Source: an uncultured delta proteobacterium
Lineage (GTDB): Bacteria > Desulfobacterota > Syntrophia > Syntrophales > UBA2185
Reading direction: 5' to 3'
DNA: 64,000 nt
NCBI GenBank assembly: GCA_963729715.1
Contig: CAVSPA010000006.1
Span: 135,748 to 199,747 of the forward strand
Position 1 is the first letter of the stretch; each line of letters begins with the position of its first letter. The position numbers and the translations under genes are program-made. A model generated the notes under the pieces. It worked only from the letters and a program-made list of their open reading frames with translations, was not told where the DNA came from and searched no databases. Positions 19,101 to 28,296 of the stretch are shown in pieces.

Positions 19101-20759
19101 ATGAAGTGTCCTAAATGCCAGTTTGAAAATAGAGATGGGGCGAAATTCTGCAAAGATTGCGGTCACAAATTGGAGGCCCTATGTTCCCAGTGCGGAGCTA
19201 TAAATCTGCCCGACAGTAAATTTTGCGATAGTTGCGGACGGAGATTAGATGAAACTGGACAAAAAGAAAAGGCAATTCCCGCACCTGAGGGCGAGCGCAA
19301 GCACGTCACAGTATTGTTTTCCGATGTGTCCGGCTATACGACTATGTCTGCGAGACTTGATCCTGAAGAAGTGAAGGAGATCATGGGGCAGATCATAGGT
19401 GGCGTAAACAGGGTCATTAAGCAGTATGGGGGATTCATGGAGAAGTATGTCGGTGATGCCGTCATGGCTCTCTTCGGTGCTCCTTTTGCCCAGGAAGATG
19501 ATCCGGTAAGGGCGATAAAAGCCGCCGGAGATATCCATGGCGTCGTTAAATCCCTGAGTCAGCGGTACGAAGAGAAGATCGGGAAACCGCTGGCAATGCA
19601 TACGGGCATCTGTACCGGCTTAGTCGTAACAGGTAACGTCAATTTAGAAAAAGGGACCCACGGAGTATTGGGAGATACGATCAACGTGGCTTTCCGGCTC
19701 TCTGCCCTGGCAAAGCCAGGCGAAATCATTGTGGACACTGGCACTTATCGCCGAGCGGCGGGACATTTCAATTTTGATACTCTCGAGCCGGCCACTGTGA
19801 ATGGCAAGACAGAACCCGTAAGGATTTTCAGGGTTATATCACCCGAGGAAAAACCCACCAAGACTCACCGCCTGTCCGGCATGAGGGCGGAACTTATAGG
19901 GCGTAAGGTGGAGATGGCTCAATTACAAGGAAGCCATATACAATTTGAAACAGGGGGCCGTGTTCTCCATCGTGGGCGATGCCGGCACAGGGAAAAGCAG
20001 GCTCATCGAAGAGTTCACGGCTGCATTGGACATCAAGGAGATTCGGTGAAGGGGGGGGACATTGTTATCCCTACAGCCAGAACATCCCCTACTTTCCCCT
20101 CATCAATCTCCTGAGCCGGGCATGGCAGATTCGCGAGGGTGACTCGGCCGATATGGTAAGACAAAAGGTCGAAGCCGGGGCGAAAAATCTGATCGGAGAC
20201 AGGAAAGACCGTATACCCTATGTGGGAAGCCTTTATTCCCTCAACTACGCGGAGATCGAAAGCGTCAGCCCCCATTTTTGGAAGGCTCGTCTTCATGAGA
20301 CGGTAAGGAAGATTTTTTCGGCGGCCCTTCCACGCATAGGTCCGACGGTCATCTGCGTTGAGGATCTGCATTGGGCAGATCCGTCCTTTGTAGAACTATT
20401 GCGTCACGTCCTTGCTGATTTCAGGTTTCCGGCGATCGTCCTGTGTACCTACAGACCTTCGTTTAGTCTCTTCACAGTCCATCAGGTGAACGGTCTGGGT
20501 AAGTTGTACCAGGAGATCAGACTCTATGATCTCTCAAAGGGCGGAGGAGAGTTTCCAAAAGGCCATAGAGGTAGCAAGAGAGATCGGGGCTAAGGGCGTG
20601 CTCGGTCAATGTTATCTCGACTTGGGGCAACTATACAAGGTCAAGAAGAAAACCGATCAGGCGAGGAAATGCATTGCCGACGCCGTGGAGACTTTTAAAG
20701 AGTGCGAGGCGGATGTCTTCCTGCAACAGGCCAGAGAGTCTTTAGAAGCTTTGATTTAA
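19101..20759 (+). pseudogene. adenylate/guanylate cyclase - AAA ATPase - TPR protein, disrupted by two frameshifts and an internal deletion
   Basis: Double zinc-ribbon N-terminus and class III cyclase domain (VTVLFSDVSGYTTMSARLDPEEV...YVGDAVMALFGAP...LGDTINVAFRL) in frame A to ~19930. Walker A (AVFSIVGDAGTGKSRLIEEF) is in a second frame. After the G8 run at 20051-20058 a third frame carries ...ICVEDLHWADPSFVELLRHV.... A terminal TPR (20526-20759) is in a fourth frame. Total length is ~550 codons against ~1100 aa for intact homologues. Confidence 0.75.
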
Positions 20760-20839
20760 ATATTTGAAGAAAAGTTATTGATTGAAGTTTTAATGATATA
20801 GCAATAATCTAAAAATCATAAATAAGTGGGCTATTTTTC

Positions 20840-21209
20840 ATGACGAGGGATGAGAAGGTCAAGTACTGGACAGAATCCGCAAAAAATGACTGGGTAGTTG
20901 CAGATCATTTTTTTGAAAAGATGAGACTATCCGTATGCCCTTTTCTTTGGCCATTTAACTGTCGAGAAACCGTTAGAAGCACTCTTTGTAAAAAAGTTTA
21001 ACGAATCACCACTGTTTACACACAGCCTCACTTATCTGGCTGAGAAGGTGGGTTTAACACCAACCGCTGAACAACTGGAGTTATTAGAAATAATAACAGA
21101 TTTCAATTTTGAGGTTCGATACCCGGACGAGAAATTTTCATTCCATGATAAATGTACAAATCATTTTTCTAAAACTTTCGTGCAAAAAATTGAGGAAATG
21201 CCAAGCTGA
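20840..21209 (+). pseudogene. HEPN-domain protein, frameshifted and with no partner nucleotidyltransferase
   Basis: MTRDEKVKYWTESAKNDWVVADHFFEKMR then, after a 1-nt shift near 20925, ALFFGHLTVEKPLEALFVKKFNESPLFTHSLTYLAEKVGLTPTAEQLELLEIITDFNFEVRYPDE.... Typical HEPN. No MNT-like ORF was found on either side. Confidence 0.65.
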
Positions 21210-21521
21210 GAATCACGACACAAGAAAATTCTTCCGGGAATGCGGTGCTGACGGTTGGGTTACGAGAACGGAAAAAACTCTTGCCGAGATTTCATGAGAA
21301 ATCGACCGCTACTTTTCGTGATCTTCAAACTTCAATATTGTGAACGCGTGAGGATAAGTAGATGAACGAAACAGACGACCTCTCTTGCTGCCTTCCTGAA
21401 ACATCGTGAACCTACTTATGGTTCTCCGTTGAAACTTTCAGTTAAGAATAGCCATCATGTAATTGCGATTTTCTGATGGTTGATGCATGAAACAGCATGA
21501 ATTCGTTAAGGGGGGAAATCA

Positions 21522-22004
21522 ATGAGAGCATTACTCATAAGAATCATACTTGTTACTTTTCTATTTGTCTTCTTCGTTTCAGGACAATTACAGTCACAAG
21601 AGGAGAGCGATGGTCGATTTATTGCAAAAGGCAACGGGACGGTATTGGATACCAAGACCGGCCTGATATGGGCGGCGCGGGACAACGGAAGCGATATCAG
21701 ATGGCCTAAGGCCAAGTCGTATTGTGAGAACTACCGCGGTGGCGGGTATACGGACTGGCGGATGCCGACACGTGACGAACTGGCGGGGTTGTATGATGCG
21801 AACAAATCCCAAAAAGTAGAATGCGGCGGTCTCCCCATCCATGTTGCTACAGACTTAATTCGTCTTACTTGCTTGTGGGCGTGGGCCTCTGAGAGGCGCG
21901 GTTCCTACGCTGCTGACTTCGATTTCATGGATGGCAAGTGGGGCTGGTATCACCGATTAATCCACTACAAGTGCCGGGCGCTCCCGGTGCGCTTTAGCAA
22001 ATAG
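21522..22004 (+). CDS. secreted DUF1566 (Lcl C-terminal domain) protein
   Basis: Signal peptide, then GTVLDTKTGLIWAARDNG...YCENYRGGGYTDWRMPTRDELAGLYD, the DUF1566 signature. Confidence 0.75.
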   Translation: MRALLIRIILVTFLFVFFVSGQLQSQEESDGRFIAKGNGTVLDTKTGLIWAARDNGSDIRWPKAKSYCENYRGGGYTDWRMPTRDELAGLYDANKSQKVECGGLPIHVATDLIRLTCLWAWASERRGSYAADFDFMDGKWGWYHRLIHYKCRALPVRFSK

Positions 22005-22639
22005 GTTATTTGGTTTTTTGATCATTTTCTTTTGGATATGGATCGCATCCATACACCTTTCTTTTGTTAATCTGTAATTCAATTAGTAATAGGTCACTGT
22101 TTGTTAGTAGGCGGAGGATGCAAGAATAATCAGCTAGTGACTATAGAAAAATTATTTTAGAGCTGTTCCCGCGGTGTACTTCCTTGTTATCCACAATTTA
22201 GAGGTAATAAAAATTATTCACGAGCTTTCTCTTCGTAATTAATAGCTCTATGGAGATTCCGACTACTCCTGGGATGCCTACATTCAGTAATAACGCCTCA
22301 TTTATGATGAGCGTGCGGCAGAGATCTGTCTGAATTGTGCATAAATTGTGATCAAAAATGCATTTATGATGGGCCAATCGACTAAAAGTGATTTCATTTA
22401 TCAAAATGACACCCGCTCTTACATCCCTTTCATAATCACCAGAATCACACCTCACATTTTATGGTCATTTTTTCATTGACACATAAGACCGTTTTTCTTA
22501 AACTTTCTCCACGAAAAAGGAAGTTCTTATCAAAAAACAAAATCAAATTTTCATTCGAAGAGCAATCCAATATATCATTTTGACGTTATCTTAAACTCGA
22601 AATCGGGTGGATCGAAACAATAAGACTAAGGAGGAAAGT

Positions 22640-23113
22640 ATGAGAAAGATAGCAACATGGATTGCAGTAGTTACAGCGACTTTAATGTTGAATATGATGT
22701 TTGCGCTACCATCATTTGCTCAAAAATCACAGGCGGCAGGGTCTAGCGTATCAATGGGTGCCTGGACTTTTGGCATTCCAGCACTTGATGCCGAAACATC
22801 ATTTACTGGAACGGAAGCAATAGTGGCCAAACCGGGTACGGTGAAGAAAATTGAGCCGATGACCGGTGTGAAAGGCGGCCTACAAATGAGATTCGTGCCG
22901 GATCAAGGTAATGCATGCAAAGTCTATATGGGGCCCAAGTGGTTCATTGAAAATCAGAAGGTCAAATTTATCGCCGGCGACAAGGTCGAAGTAAGGGGTA
23001 AGAAGTATGGTAACGCGATCATTGCCACGGAAATAAGCAAGGGCGATTTGACCATGAAACTTCGCAACGAGGAAGATGGTATGCCAATCTGGGAAAGTAG
23101 CTTCCGCCGGTAA
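22640..23113 (+). CDS. exported hypothetical protein
   Basis: AAGGAGG RBS, signal peptide MRKIATWIAVVTATLMLNMMFALPSFAQ, single Cys in ...GNACKVYMGPKWF.... The track start at 22607 is upstream of the RBS-supported ATG. Confidence 0.6.
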   Translation: MRKIATWIAVVTATLMLNMMFALPSFAQKSQAAGSSVSMGAWTFGIPALDAETSFTGTEAIVAKPGTVKKIEPMTGVKGGLQMRFVPDQGNACKVYMGPKWFIENQKVKFIAGDKVEVRGKKYGNAIIATEISKGDLTMKLRNEEDGMPIWESSFRR

Positions 23114-23340
23114 GTAAAAAGGTAATAATAAACAAGCGATCCACGACCCACCCAATTTTTGAGCCGGCTCAATGCATTATAATAAAGTTTTGATCTCGAC
23201 TTGCTAGTCAGTGAGTTTTAGACACAGCAATTAACAACATTTTACCCCGGAAGAAGGAGATAAAGATGGTGATGAGATGGTTACTGAAGGGTCTGTTTCT
23301 TTCTCTGCTCTTTGTTGACATATTTAGTGAGAAAATTAGC

Positions 23341-23369
23341 TTGACATAGAAGAAAAATCACTCTTATAC
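23341..23369 (+). promoter_or_regulatory. sigma70-like promoter TTGACA-N18-TATACT ahead of the HMA selenoprotein gene
   Basis: Read directly from the sequence, ~70 nt upstream of ATG 23436. Confidence 0.4.
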
Positions 23370-23435
23370 TTTGCCAACAAAAAAAGGACTTCTTATCAAT
23401 TATAATCTAACCCAAAAATAGTGAGCAGAATACCC

Positions 23436-23747
23436 ATGAAGCGGAGGAAACATTCCCTTATCGTCTGTCTTTTGAGTGTGATGCTCCTGCTCGTCACGTT
23501 ACAACCCCTTTTTGCTGCCGAAAGAATTATCAAAATGGTGGTTCCCGGATGCGAGTGACAGGACACGGCTAACAGGGTACGTGATGCCCTGAAGGAAATC
23601 CCGGGCGTGCTGGAGTATGATGCGGATCAATTTACTCACGAAGTAATGGTAAAATTCGACGACACAAAAACCAGTATCAATAAGATTGTAGAGGGTCTGG
23701 CCAAGCAAGAATTCCCGATCGAAGGGCAGCCGAAGATCACCCAGTAA
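23436..23747 (+). CDS. periplasmic heavy-metal-associated (HMA/MerP-like) protein with in-frame UGA: candidate selenoprotein with a G-C-E-U motif
   Basis: Manual translation: MKRRKHSLIVCLLSVMLLLVTLQPLFAAERIIKMVVPGCE[TGA]QDTANRVRDALKEIPGVLEYDADQFTHEVMVKFDDTKTSINKIVEGLAKQEFPIEGQPKITQ*. The HMA beta-alpha-beta-beta-alpha-beta pattern continues in frame across the TGA at 23556-23558. The TGA aligns with the first Cys of GMxCxxC. The gene is not in the ORF track. Confidence 0.7.
23573..23591 (+). promoter_or_regulatory. SECIS-like hairpin CAGGGT-ACGTGAT-GCCCTG, 14 nt downstream of the UGA
   Basis: 6-bp stem with a 7-nt loop containing GUG. Its size, spacing and CAG...CTG ends match the hairpin after the second UGA at 24254-24272. 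Confidence 0.6.
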
Positions 23748-23945
23748 GCTTGAAGAGATGCGGGGTGATTAATACACGCTCAAGACTATCTGACAAGTGG
23801 TTATCATAATGTGAACGAGGGACTATATTATGAAAAGCCGACAGTTTACATGGATATGGTTGTTTCTCGGCTTTTTTGTCTCTTTTACGCTGGCCCAAAC
23901 AATAGTAGCCAATAAAGAGACTACGACTCTCATAAGGAGGAATAA

Positions 23946-24371
23946 GTGAGAAAAACAGTATTTTTTTTGGTCATTGTGGTGCTTGCGGTGTGTTTTGCGG
24001 GAACGGCTGCTTTCGCCGCGACGGAGCTCACCCTCGAGAGCGTACAGAAGATATCTGTTGACGGGTTGAAAGCGCAGCTTGGGAATCCCGATGTCATCGT
24101 TATCGATGTGCGGACGGCCCACGACTGGGAGGGCAGCAAGACCAAGATCAGGGGGGCTGTTCGCGAGGACACCCACAATATTGCCTCCTGGATCAACAAG
24201 TATCCAAAAGAGAAAACACTCGTTTTTTATTGCAAGTGACTGAATGAAGCGACCAGTGCCAGTGTGGCACTGCAGTTCATGGCGAAAGGATACAAGAAAG
24301 TATACGCAGTGAAAGGTGGATGGAGGGCCTGGGAGGTAGCGAAGTACCCAGTCGAACCCAAGGGGGAATAA
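23946..24371 (+). CDS. periplasmic single-domain rhodanese with in-frame UGA in the active-site loop (Y-C-K-U): candidate selenoprotein
   Basis: GTG start with AAGGAGG. Signal peptide MRKTVFFLVIVVLAVCFAGTAAFAA. ...DVIVIDVRTAHDWEGSKTKIRGAV...KEKTLVFYCK[TGA]LNEATSASVALQFMAKGYKKVYAVKGGWRAWEVAKYPVEPKGE*. The rhodanese C-terminal consensus (G(Y/F)knVy.l.GG..aW...g.P) continues in frame after the TGA at 24237-24239. The ORF track stops at the TGA. Confidence 0.75.
24254..24272 (+). promoter_or_regulatory. SECIS-like hairpin CAGTGC-CAGTGTG-GCACTG (or 8-bp stem with GUG loop), 14 nt downstream of the UGA
   Basis: Perfect inverted repeat CAGTGCCA/TGGCACTG. Same 19-nt length, same 14-nt offset, and the same CAG...CTG and GTG-loop features as 23573-23591. 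Confidence 0.65.
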
Positions 24372-24402
24372 ATAGCTGCTTCCGAGATGCCGACCTCTGG
24401 AC

Positions 24403-24768
24403 TTATTGGATCTTCTTGAAGGTCATCTCTTTGGAGCCTGGGAGGGTCATCCGAATGGTGTCCTTCTCTATCTTTCCCACAATCACTCCCCCTGCTCTGG
24501 TGTTCACCCGCAACTCCCCCTGCTTGATGTACCACATAAAGGGGATCTCTATGAAGGTGCCCGCTACCTCATCAGAGGGCACTCTCCACAGACCATCTCC
24601 ATTCGCCTTCAATTCCAGGACGCTCTCACCCTGCTTCACCGACTCTTTCCCCGCCGCTTTGTATACCCCCACGTATTTATCTTTGGACTCGCATGACAGC
24701 AGAAGCATCAGAAGCACGCAAAGACCAACCATCAATACATATCCATGATATCTTGACGTGTGCATCAT
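24403..24768 (-). CDS. lipoprotein, hypothetical
   Basis: Lipobox LLLSC in the signal peptide MMHTSRYHGYVLMVGLCVLLMLLLSC. Last gene of the minus-strand operon. Confidence 0.6.
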   Translation of the reverse strand: MMHTSRYHGYVLMVGLCVLLMLLLSCESKDKYVGVYKAAGKESVKQGESVLELKANGDGLWRVPSDEVAGTFIEIPFMWYIKQGELRVNTRAGGVIVGKIEKDTIRMTLPGSKEMTFKKIQ

Positions 24769-24776
24769 AGGCCACC

Positions 24777-25280
24777 TTATCGCGATCCTGTAAGAGCAGC
24801 GACCCTGCCCTTCATGCTGGGCAGTAAGCCCCCCCTGCGGAAGATGAACAACCTGTCACAGAAGTAAATCTGTATCGTGAAGAGGAGCAGCACTACGTCC
24901 TCACTGACTTTCTTCCACCCAATGGGCTCCCCCACCGTATCATAACATCCACAGGTAATTGACGCTCCCCAGTACATGTTGGTCAGGACCATCGCGGTAA
25001 ACATGATCAACATCAAACCGATGAGGGTCGCTGCCGCCCTCGTCCTCAGCCCGATGATTAGAAACAGCCCGCTTACAAACTCGATCCACGGCAATAGTAC
25101 AGCCCCCACATTAAGAAACCAGTACGGGATCAGTTGATAGGCTGCCACCGCTTCCGCAAACTGTGCAGGGTGAGGTATCTTGCTCACGCTCGCGTACAGA
25201 AAGAAATAGCCCACGTAAACCCTTAGAATGAGCGCCAGATACGGACTCCTCACAATCCGCTTTAGAAATGTCCGGATCAT
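24777..25280 (-). CDS. MauE/DoxX-family membrane protein with C-terminal TCGCYD motif
   Basis: 167 aa, 4 TM segments, CGC near the end of the last helix, as in MauE-type thiol-disulfide proteins. Confidence 0.7.
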   Translation of the reverse strand: MIRTFLKRIVRSPYLALILRVYVGYFFLYASVSKIPHPAQFAEAVAAYQLIPYWFLNVGAVLLPWIEFVSGLFLIIGLRTRAAATLIGLMLIMFTAMVLTNMYWGASITCGCYDTVGEPIGWKKVSEDVVLLLFTIQIYFCDRLFIFRRGGLLPSMKGRVAALTGSR

Positions 25281-26203
25281 TCCTTCCCTTTCTCCTCCTC
25301 GACCGGATAGCCCTTTTTCTCCCAGGCCACCATCCCCCCCTCCAACACCTTCACATCCTTATGCCCACGAAGAAGGAGCTTGTCTGCCAGCTCCCAATCG
25401 TAGAGTTTGCTGAATGTTCCTCCATACACAATCACCTTTTTCCCCTTCTCATCCTCTCCGTAGGCCATCATGTACACGATATCAAAAAGAGAGAGCGGTA
25501 TGCTGATCGCCCCCTGGATATGCTTCTTTTCATAGAAGGCTTCAGGACCCGCATCCACGATGAGCGCTTCCCCCTTCTTCGCCTCTTCCATCGCCTGAGT
25601 AGCGCTGATCTCGGAAATCGCTTTCCTGTCAGGAAACTTCGGAAACAGGGGTATCCCGTTCGGGTTGGACTTATTGAATACGAGGGCAAGAATTACGCTC
25701 ACCCCGATCAGTAGCAGAAAATCAAACCAGGATATCCGATGTGCCTTGTAAAGTTGCTGCGCTTCCTTCTCAATGATCTCCTCATCCCTCAGAAGCCATC
25801 CCGACATCTGCTTCACAAAGGCTAGGGAAATATGGGGAAAGTCCTTCAGAATATGCTCAAACTGCACTTTAGAAAGCACCATCAGACAAGTCTCTTCCAC
25901 CGCCTCCACGTTCGCTGATCTCACCTCCCCTGTAAGCAGGGCCATCTCGCCAAAGCTTTCCCCCGCTCCCAGCACAGATAGGTCCGTCTCCAATCCTTCA
26001 GCGTCCTTCCTGAACACCCTCACTTTTCCTGAATGAATAATGTAAAACTTGTCCCCTGGATCCCCCTGCCTGAAGATGATCGTACGCCGTGATACCACCT
26101 GCTTCTCCATAGCCCGAGTGAGCTCACCCCACTTCTCTTTGGGCAATTGCTCGAAAAGGCTGCTTCCCGTAAGTCCCTCTTTCCCGCTCTCGTTCTCGCT
26201 CAT
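25277..26203 (-). CDS. cyclic-nucleotide-binding domain - TM - rhodanese-domain protein; the rhodanese domain lacks the catalytic Cys
   Basis: cNMP-binding signature ([22 protein letters not shown]), one TM segment ([18 protein letters not shown]), and a C-terminal rhodanese fold. The fold reads [25 protein letters not shown]...[47 protein letters not shown], with GGTFSK where C(R/K)xGx(R/T) is expected. Confidence 0.8.
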   Translation of the reverse strand: MSENESGKEGLTGSSLFEQLPKEKWGELTRAMEKQVVSRRTIIFRQGDPGDKFYIIHSGKVRVFRKDAEGLETDLSVLGAGESFGEMALLTGEVRSANVEAVEETCLMVLSKVQFEHILKDFPHISLAFVKQMSGWLLRDEEIIEKEAQQLYKAHRISWFDFLLLIGVSVILALVFNKSNPNGIPLFPKFPDRKAISEISATQAMEEAKKGEALIVDAGPEAFYEKKHIQGAISIPLSLFDIVYMMAYGEDEKGKKVIVYGGTFSKLYDWELADKLLLRGHKDVKVLEGGMVAWEKKGYPVEEEKGKE

Positions 26204-26209
26204 GGCATT

Positions 26210-26462
26210 CTACTGCTTCTTATGGATTTCCCTTACTTCCTTCACGTGTCCATCAATATCAAAGGTCACCTTCGTTGTCTGGTCGACGGGTTGACATCCA
26301 CAGACTTCACGCCCATCATTCTCGAGAGGATAATCCTTATGGACATGAAGGAGTGACTTTAGACGCACCCCCGGAGAGCTCAACACCACTCTTCTCTCGA
26401 CAACCGTCACCACTTGGCTCGTCGCAAACAGCGCAACCAATAGCGATCAGCACGCCGAGCAT
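26210..26462 (-). CDS. small Cys-rich lipoprotein, apparently frameshifted at a G5/C5 run (low confidence)
   Basis: GTG/ATG start at 26462 gives MLGVLIAIGC|AVCDEPSGDGCREKSGVELSGG.... Deleting one C from CCCCC at 26368-26372 joins it to ...VRLKSLLHVHKDYPLENDGREVCGCQPVDQTTKVTFDIDGHVKEVREIHKKQ*, ending 6 nt before the downstream ATG. Motifs: CxxC, GC, CGC. Confidence 0.3.
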
Positions 26463-26745
26463 CACAATCCATTTCCCTCTTGCGCCTATAAGACATCGTT
26501 TTTTGGAATGTTTATCGTATGGCGCAGATAGTTCTGGATGTCAAACAAATTCGGTGGCTCATTGTATGTTTCGAAGACCTCAAATGGCATCACGTTCCTC
26601 TGCGGAGTCCTGGACTACTTTAGGAGTGGAACAAATCTGGAATGGCAGCTTGACCCCCGCTACGGTAATCATTTCTCGCCATGCAGAGCTGTCCTTACCC
26701 CAAAAGATGCTTCTTCACCAAAAGATGAGAGACTGAAAGTGTCGG

Positions 26746-27870
26746 TTATATTCGTTCCCCGCACTGATTGCAGAACATGGATTTTGGCAGATTTTCGGTG
26801 CCGCACTTTGGGCACTTGAGTGACTCGGGTTTCTCTTCTACAGGGTGGCCGCACTGCACGCAAAATTTCGCATTGGGTGGAAGATTCTTGCCGCACTGAG
26901 AACATTGCTGAAAGACAACGATCTGGTGCCCGCAATGGGGGCAGAACTTGGCTTCTTTAGATACATTTTGCTGGCAGTCGGGACAGCTGAAAATTTCCGG
27001 TGTCGAGGTCTGCTGGGTCGGTGAGCTCTTAAATGCCTCGGCGAACATGGCGGGCATCATGAAGCCCATTCCCATGCCCAGTCCGGCTCCCGCCTGTCCC
27101 TGTGACTGGGCTGCTGTCTCCATGGCCATGGCCGCCTTCATCTTCAAGAGTTTATTGAGGTCATCAAAAATCCCGAGGCGGCTCTTATCGTCTATGGCCT
27201 TCTGAACTTCCGGCGGCGGCGTGATGGAATTGATATACAGCTGGGAGAGGCCCAAACCAAAGTGAGAAAAATCTTCTTCGAGGGCCTTTTTCAGACCGAG
27301 AGCGAGCTCATCGTATTTTGCGGGAAGGTTAAAGATGGTATCGATATGCTTTCCCATGAAATCGTTAAAGCGGGAAACGATTACACGGTTCAGGTATTCT
27401 TCAATGGCATCAGCAGTAAATACGCCCTGGGTTCCGACAAGACTGTTTATCAGGAGAATGGGCTGAAGAACCTGGATGTTAAAAACCCCGAATGCCCTGA
27501 GACGGATGAGTCCCAATTCTGAATCTCTGAAGGCGACGGGATCGCGTGTTCCCCATTTCAGATTGGGAAAGACTTTCATATTGACGAAGTAAACTTCTGC
27601 CCGCAGCGGGCTGGTCATTCCCCAGGGCAGGCTGAATATTTTTGTCAAAATTGGAATATTGGCCGTTTGTAGTGTGTGCCTGCCGGGCCCGAATGCATCA
27701 TAGGCCTTGCCGTTATAGAAAAAAACCGCGGCCTGACTTTCTCGAACCGTCATCTGTGCGCCGAACTTGATTTCACCAGATCCATTTTCGGGGATTCTAT
27801 GAACCAGCTCTTTCCCCTGCTCGTCAAACCATTCGATAACTTCCAGAAATATTAGGTTGTTGGTTCCCAT
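26746..27870 (-). CDS. SPFH/Band-7 domain protein with three C-terminal double zinc-ribbons
   Basis: 374 aa. SPFH core, then CPDCQQNV...FCPHCGHQ, CSQCGKNLPPNAKFCVQCGHP and CPKCGTENLPKSMFCNQCGERI. Confidence 0.75.
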   Translation of the reverse strand: MGTNNLIFLEVIEWFDEQGKELVHRIPENGSGEIKFGAQMTVRESQAAVFFYNGKAYDAFGPGRHTLQTANIPILTKIFSLPWGMTSPLRAEVYFVNMKVFPNLKWGTRDPVAFRDSELGLIRLRAFGVFNIQVLQPILLINSLVGTQGVFTADAIEEYLNRVIVSRFNDFMGKHIDTIFNLPAKYDELALGLKKALEEDFSHFGLGLSQLYINSITPPPEVQKAIDDKSRLGIFDDLNKLLKMKAAMAMETAAQSQGQAGAGLGMGMGFMMPAMFAEAFKSSPTQQTSTPEIFSCPDCQQNVSKEAKFCPHCGHQIVVFQQCSQCGKNLPPNAKFCVQCGHPVEEKPESLKCPKCGTENLPKSMFCNQCGERI

Positions 27871-28296
27871 ATATGCGGTCTTTCAAGATCGTTTTTCTTA
27901 TCGTCAGGGCATGTATAAAGCCTCTCATGACAAGCTGATGAGGCCGACTTTTAACTCCAAGCATGATAGGCAAGCGCAGATACTATGTCAAGGAGAAAGC
28001 AGTACGTGTATTCAGGGTTTCCGGACCCTCCTTGACCTCTCCCGCTTTTGCCGCGATTGTTTTTCAGTCAGTAGAAAAAGCCACATCGATTATTCGGTTC
28101 GCATTTTTGCGATAGTTACAATTTTGTAATTTTTAAATTTAAATGAACAAAATTGTTACAGATTATACCATCTAACATCAGAAACCTGATACAACAAATT
28201 AGTTAATACAGCTACTTACATAATATGACTCGGTTAGCATCAAAATTGCAAAACAATATCCTTGATATATCAAATAACCCGCGGGAGGTAAATTGT

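Noticed and set aside
22198-22455. 85-aa minus-strand ORF in the AT-rich spacer
   Set aside because: Lies in ~40% GC non-coding DNA. No RBS and an implausible composition.
23823-24535. Track ORFs 23823-24176, 23930-24199, 24227-24535 and 24320-24748
   Set aside because: Off-frame or antisense to the rhodanese selenoprotein and the lipoprotein genes.
28200-28296. Possible sigma54 promoter (TTAGCA-N6-TTGCA) upstream of amtB
   Set aside because: The essential -24 GG is replaced (TTAGCA versus TGGCAC) and the spacing is off by one. Not called.
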